A stretch of 64,000 bases of DNA from an uncultured Alphaproteobacteria bacterium (lineage in GTDB: Bacteria; Pseudomonadota; Alphaproteobacteria; CAAHEQ01; UBA3637), in assembly GCA_947586835.1 (NCBI GenBank), contig CANPXT010000008.1, forward strand, positions 443 through 64,442, in the 5' to 3' direction. Below the pieces are notes generated by a model. It was not told the origin of the DNA and did no database searches. It worked only from the letters and a program-made list of their open reading frames with translations. Each line of letters opens with the position of its first letter. Within the stretch, counting starts at the first letter, position 1. This document shows positions 60,554-64,000 of this stretch, piece by piece. A program made the position numbers and the translations under genes.

Positions 60554-61278
60554 CGTTTCCCCATCCTTTTTTTAAATATTTCTTCAGCCAATTCCAACTC
60601 TTCCGGCGTATTAATGCCATGCAGTTCATTGGCATCTCCAATCACAATATCGCGACGTAACCCTTCTGCTTTGGCCAGTGCGACAATATCCGTTAAATAA
60701 TATTCTTGTGCAAAATTGTTGTTTTTGATGCGTTTTAAAAGTGTCAGTAAATGTTTTCCGTTAACACACATAACACCTGAATTGCAAAGTTTAATTAAGC
60801 GTTGTGCATCGGTTGCGTCTTTATATTCCACAATGGCATCCAATCCGTTTTCACCCATAATGAGACGTCCGTATCGACGCGCATCTTCGGGAATAAAGCC
60901 GACAACAACAATATCTGCACCTGATTGACATTTTTCAATAATCTGATGAATGGTTTGAGGTTGGAATAACGGTTGATCACCGAATAAAATTAAAGCGCAT
61001 CCTTCAAAGGGTTGAATTTCTTCTTCGGCAGCCAATACGGCATGTGCGGTTCCCAAACGATGGTGTTGAATAACCGTTTTATACGGTTGAACGGCTTTTT
61101 TAACATCGTCCATTTCGGGACCGATGACAACCGTAATATCCGTGATGCCGGCTTTTTCAACAGTATTTAATAATAAGTTGATCATCGGTGTGCCGCAAAT
61201 TTGATTCATGACTTTCGGGCAGGGTGTTCCCATACGCGTTCCCATACCTGCTGCCAAAATAATTGCTTTTGTTTTCAT
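60550..61278 (-). CDS. GlmU-like nucleotidyltransferase domain only (no acetyltransferase domain)
   Basis: ILAAG.GTRM...PKV, LGTAHAV, YGR, IVE.KDA, EYYLTD, GIN; stops at about 242 aa. Confidence 0.85.
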   Translation of the reverse strand: MKTKAIILAAGMGTRMGTPCPKVMNQICGTPMINLLLNTVEKAGITDITVVIGPEMDDVKKAVQPYKTVIQHHRLGTAHAVLAAEEEIQPFEGCALILFGDQPLFQPQTIHQIIEKCQSGADIVVVGFIPEDARRYGRLIMGENGLDAIVEYKDATDAQRLIKLCNSGVMCVNGKHLLTLLKRIKNNNFAQEYYLTDIVALAKAEGLRRDIVIGDANELHGINTPEELELAEEIFKKRMGKR

Positions 61279-61291
61279 TCTTATTCCTTTT

Positions 61292-63559
61292 CTAAACAAA
61301 AATATCATGATCGGTTACATAAGCTTGTAACAGGGGTCTTAAAGAGGCGGTCGTATCAGAAAGATAACATGATAAAAATTCATGTACCTTTTCTTGATTC
61401 ATCGAACGAATGACCGCTTTAATTCGGCCAAGCGCTGCCGGATTCATGGAAAGTTTTTTAAAGCCTAATCCGACCAGAGCAACGGCTTCCAACGGATGTG
61501 AAGCCATTTCACCGCAAACGGAACATTCAACACCTGCTTTTTCGCATGTTTGTTGCACAAATTGCATCATACGCAAAAAGGGCGGTGATAAGGTATCATA
61601 TCGCGACCAAATAAGGGGATTGCTTCGATCGGTTGCGAATAAAAACTGTGTTAAATCGTTTGTTCCGACGGAAATAAAGTCAACATATTTAACCAATTCT
61701 TCCAATTGAAACAGTAAAGAGGGCACTTCAAGCATAGATCCCACTTTAATTTCTTTGGGCATAACCTGTCCGCGCTCACGTTCACGTTGCAGTTCTAATT
61801 CAAGGGTTTTGCGTGCTTCCGCAAACTCGGCGACGGTTGAAATCATGGGAAACATAATCCATAAAGTTTTGCCGGCGCAGGCGCGAATAAAAGCACGCAA
61901 CTGTTTTCGTAAAATCGCGCGTCGATCTAATGTAACGCGAATGGAACGCCACCCCATGGCCGGATTTTTTTCATTTCTGTTTTCGAAATAAGGCAAAATT
62001 TTATCGGATCCGATATCCAACGAGCGAAAGATGACGGGTTTTCCTTTCATTTCGCTGATGAAATGTCTGTAAATAGCCGTTTGTGCCGTCACGTCAGGCA
62101 ATTTTTCGCTGGACATAAACGGTAACTCCGTTCGAAACAAGCCAATACCGTCATAAGTTACGCCGCGCATATTCATTAAATCTGTTTCCAGACCGGCATT
62201 AATGTTCAGTGAAACGGCAAACCCGTCTTGTGTTACGGCCGGTAAAGAGCCCATTTGTGTTAAGCGTGTTTGCAAACGTTTTTGTTCTTTTAAGCGGGCT
62301 TCGAACTCATCTAAAATTTCATCGGCGGGATTAATGTATAAAAAGCCGCGATCAGCATCCAATGCCAACACGTCATTATTCAGAACAAAAGCGGATATAT
62401 CTTTAATGCCCGATAAAATGGGGATATTATAAGAGCGCGCCACAATCACGACATGCATTGTTTGCGAGCCTTCTGCCAGCACAATGCCTTTAATGCGCGA
62501 AAGATCGTAATCCAACAATTCGGCGGGGCCTAAACTTTCAGCGACCAAAATGGCGTTTCGCGGCAATTTTTTGGTTGATATGAGTTGTTTACCGTGAAGA
62601 AGGCGGATAATGCGACTGGTTAAATCACGAAAGTCATGGATTCTTTCTTTAATGTAAGCATCTTTTGTTAATTCCATTCGGCGCACCAAATCGGAACATA
62701 CTTTCAAAACGGCAGCTTCGGCGGATAATCCGTTTTCAATTTCTTGTTTCATTTGCTGCAACCAGCCTTTATCATGCACAAACATGAGATATGTTTCTAA
62801 AATACCTGATTGCTCCGATTTTGTATCAGGCTTCATAATTAAATGATTAATTTCATCTTCTGCCGTTTTTAAAGCAGCATCCAGCTTTTTAATTTCCTTA
62901 TGAACATCATCGGCCAAAACGGTATTTAAAACCGCTCGTCGATGAATATAAGCATTTCCGAGTGCGATACCGGGGATTAAGCGCGTGGCTTCAATTTTTT
63001 TATGTTGATGCCCTGTTGATATTTTCTTTTCGGTACTGCCCGTGACCGATAAGTAGAGAATATCCGCCATAACAAGGGCAATAATTTGCAATATGTTTAA
63101 CATTTCCGGCGGATAGGTAAACGCTTGCTTTGTTTGAATACTGATAACGCCCAATAACACGTTTTCATAAAAAATGGGAGCTCCTGCCAACGATTTAAAT
63201 TGTTGTTCATTGGTTTCCGGTTTTAAAGAAAAACTGGCGTGTTCCGGAGCATTTTCAAAGGCTTGCGGTTTTTGTTGCAAAGCAATTTCACCGATTAATC
63301 CTTCACCCAAGCGCAAAAATGTTTCGTGAACGGCTTTGGGATTCAATCCGACTGTGGCATAAAGTTCCAGCACATCGCCGGGACGAATTAGATAGCAAGA
63401 GCAGACATCAACACCTAATTTTTTAACAATTTCTTGTAAAATCAGGTTGATTTTTTCTTCGACCGGTATTTTCAAGGGTACGCATTTTCGAATGCATTTC
63501 AGCAACTCGCTGTATTGCGAAGAAGAATTATGCTTATGCAAAAGTGAATGGGTCATCAA
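61292..63559 (-). CDS. ptsP: Phosphoenolpyruvate-protein phosphotransferase PtsP (EI-Ntr)
   Basis: N-terminal GAF (CSCYL, LYATVGL), GS.TMHV phospho-His, GIGLFRTE, NPAMGWR, SVGTNDL.QF, CGEMA. Confidence 0.95.
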   Translation of the reverse strand: MMTHSLLHKHNSSSQYSELLKCIRKCVPLKIPVEEKINLILQEIVKKLGVDVCSCYLIRPGDVLELYATVGLNPKAVHETFLRLGEGLIGEIALQQKPQAFENAPEHASFSLKPETNEQQFKSLAGAPIFYENVLLGVISIQTKQAFTYPPEMLNILQIIALVMADILYLSVTGSTEKKISTGHQHKKIEATRLIPGIALGNAYIHRRAVLNTVLADDVHKEIKKLDAALKTAEDEINHLIMKPDTKSEQSGILETYLMFVHDKGWLQQMKQEIENGLSAEAAVLKVCSDLVRRMELTKDAYIKERIHDFRDLTSRIIRLLHGKQLISTKKLPRNAILVAESLGPAELLDYDLSRIKGIVLAEGSQTMHVVIVARSYNIPILSGIKDISAFVLNNDVLALDADRGFLYINPADEILDEFEARLKEQKRLQTRLTQMGSLPAVTQDGFAVSLNINAGLETDLMNMRGVTYDGIGLFRTELPFMSSEKLPDVTAQTAIYRHFISEMKGKPVIFRSLDIGSDKILPYFENRNEKNPAMGWRSIRVTLDRRAILRKQLRAFIRACAGKTLWIMFPMISTVAEFAEARKTLELELQRERERGQVMPKEIKVGSMLEVPSLLFQLEELVKYVDFISVGTNDLTQFLFATDRSNPLIWSRYDTLSPPFLRMMQFVQQTCEKAGVECSVCGEMASHPLEAVALVGLGFKKLSMNPAALGRIKAVIRSMNQEKVHEFLSCYLSDTTASLRPLLQAYVTDHDIFV

Positions 63560-63746
63560 AAAATCTCGCTCTTGTTTTTTTTAAGTTTACGTTTTCTTTT
63601 TAATTCCGTCAAGCCTTTTTTTAGAAAGATAAAGAAAAGCGGATATTTTTATGAAAAAATTTTTCAAGCAAAGCAAACATACAAAAGGAGTGGCACTCAA
63701 TTTTGATTTTTGATTCAGCCGGTCGTTTTTATTTTTTGCTTAAAAT

Positions 63747-63913
63747 AAACGTACGTTTTTTGCAACGATTTTTTTCATTTTACGCAGAAAAAATTTATTT
63801 TTCTTGTTTTTTATTCATTTTCAATCGGTTATTTTTTTCTTTTTTTCAAAATGTTTGCCTTTAAGAATGCGTAAAAAAGTGCACCAACTAGACGTACGTT
63901 TAATTTATACAAT
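63747..63913 (+). promoter_or_regulatory. Conserved upstream element with two AAACGTACGTTT-type palindromes (copy 2)
   Basis: Palindromes at 63747 and 63890; TACAAT at 63908; homologous to the reverse complement of 34971-35135. Confidence 0.75.
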
Positions 63914-63942
63914 TAAGTATGTATGCATAGAGGAGGATCAGC

Positions 63943-64000
63943 ATGAAATTTTTAATGAAAAACAAACAAATAAAGCAACATCAAGTACAAGACGAGTGCA
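63943..64000 (+). CDS. Start of an unknown protein (truncated by the window end)
   Basis: AGGAGG RBS, then ATG AAA TTT TTA ATG..., open to the end. Confidence 0.5.
   Translation, partial: MKFLMKNKQIKQHQVQDEC

Overview
AT-rich chromosomal segment of an alphaproteobacterium. The taxonomic call rests on DUF3126, PtsP, ssb-gyrA and bamE/DUF177; HydF and many ankyrin proteins suggest, by inference, an anaerobic host-associated lineage. Housekeeping genes are yidC-yidD-rnpA-rpmH, galE, sodB, uup, metK, rplU-rpmA, dusA, bcp, hydF, rpmI-rplT, ssb-gyrA, a cyclophilin, glk, a GlmU N-terminal domain, ptsP and four tRNAs. Main observation: an apparently intact set of short-tailed (podovirus-type) virion assembly, packaging and lysis genes is split into four + strand modules interleaved with host genes: capsid (13.9-15.7 kb), tail/ejection/lysis (17.7-22.7 kb), scaffold/tail fibres (23.3-28.4 kb) and GroES-portal-TerS-TerL (43.7-47.5 kb). 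No integrase, repressor or replication genes are visible. Three modules share a promoter architecture (10-bp-phased T(G/A)C repeats at a fixed distance from a -10 box, no -35) plus a terminator-like hairpin in the leader, and TerS lacks its DNA-binding head. Together this points to a domesticated, gene-transfer-agent-like system of podoviral origin; this is an inference and is untested. Other signals: a SAM-V-like riboswitch with a terminator platform upstream of metK, a ~155 bp double-operator element present twice, a DGR variable-region-like orphan fragment, and many ankyrin/orphan proteins with basic C-terminal tails. All family assignments come from motif recognition, not database searches.
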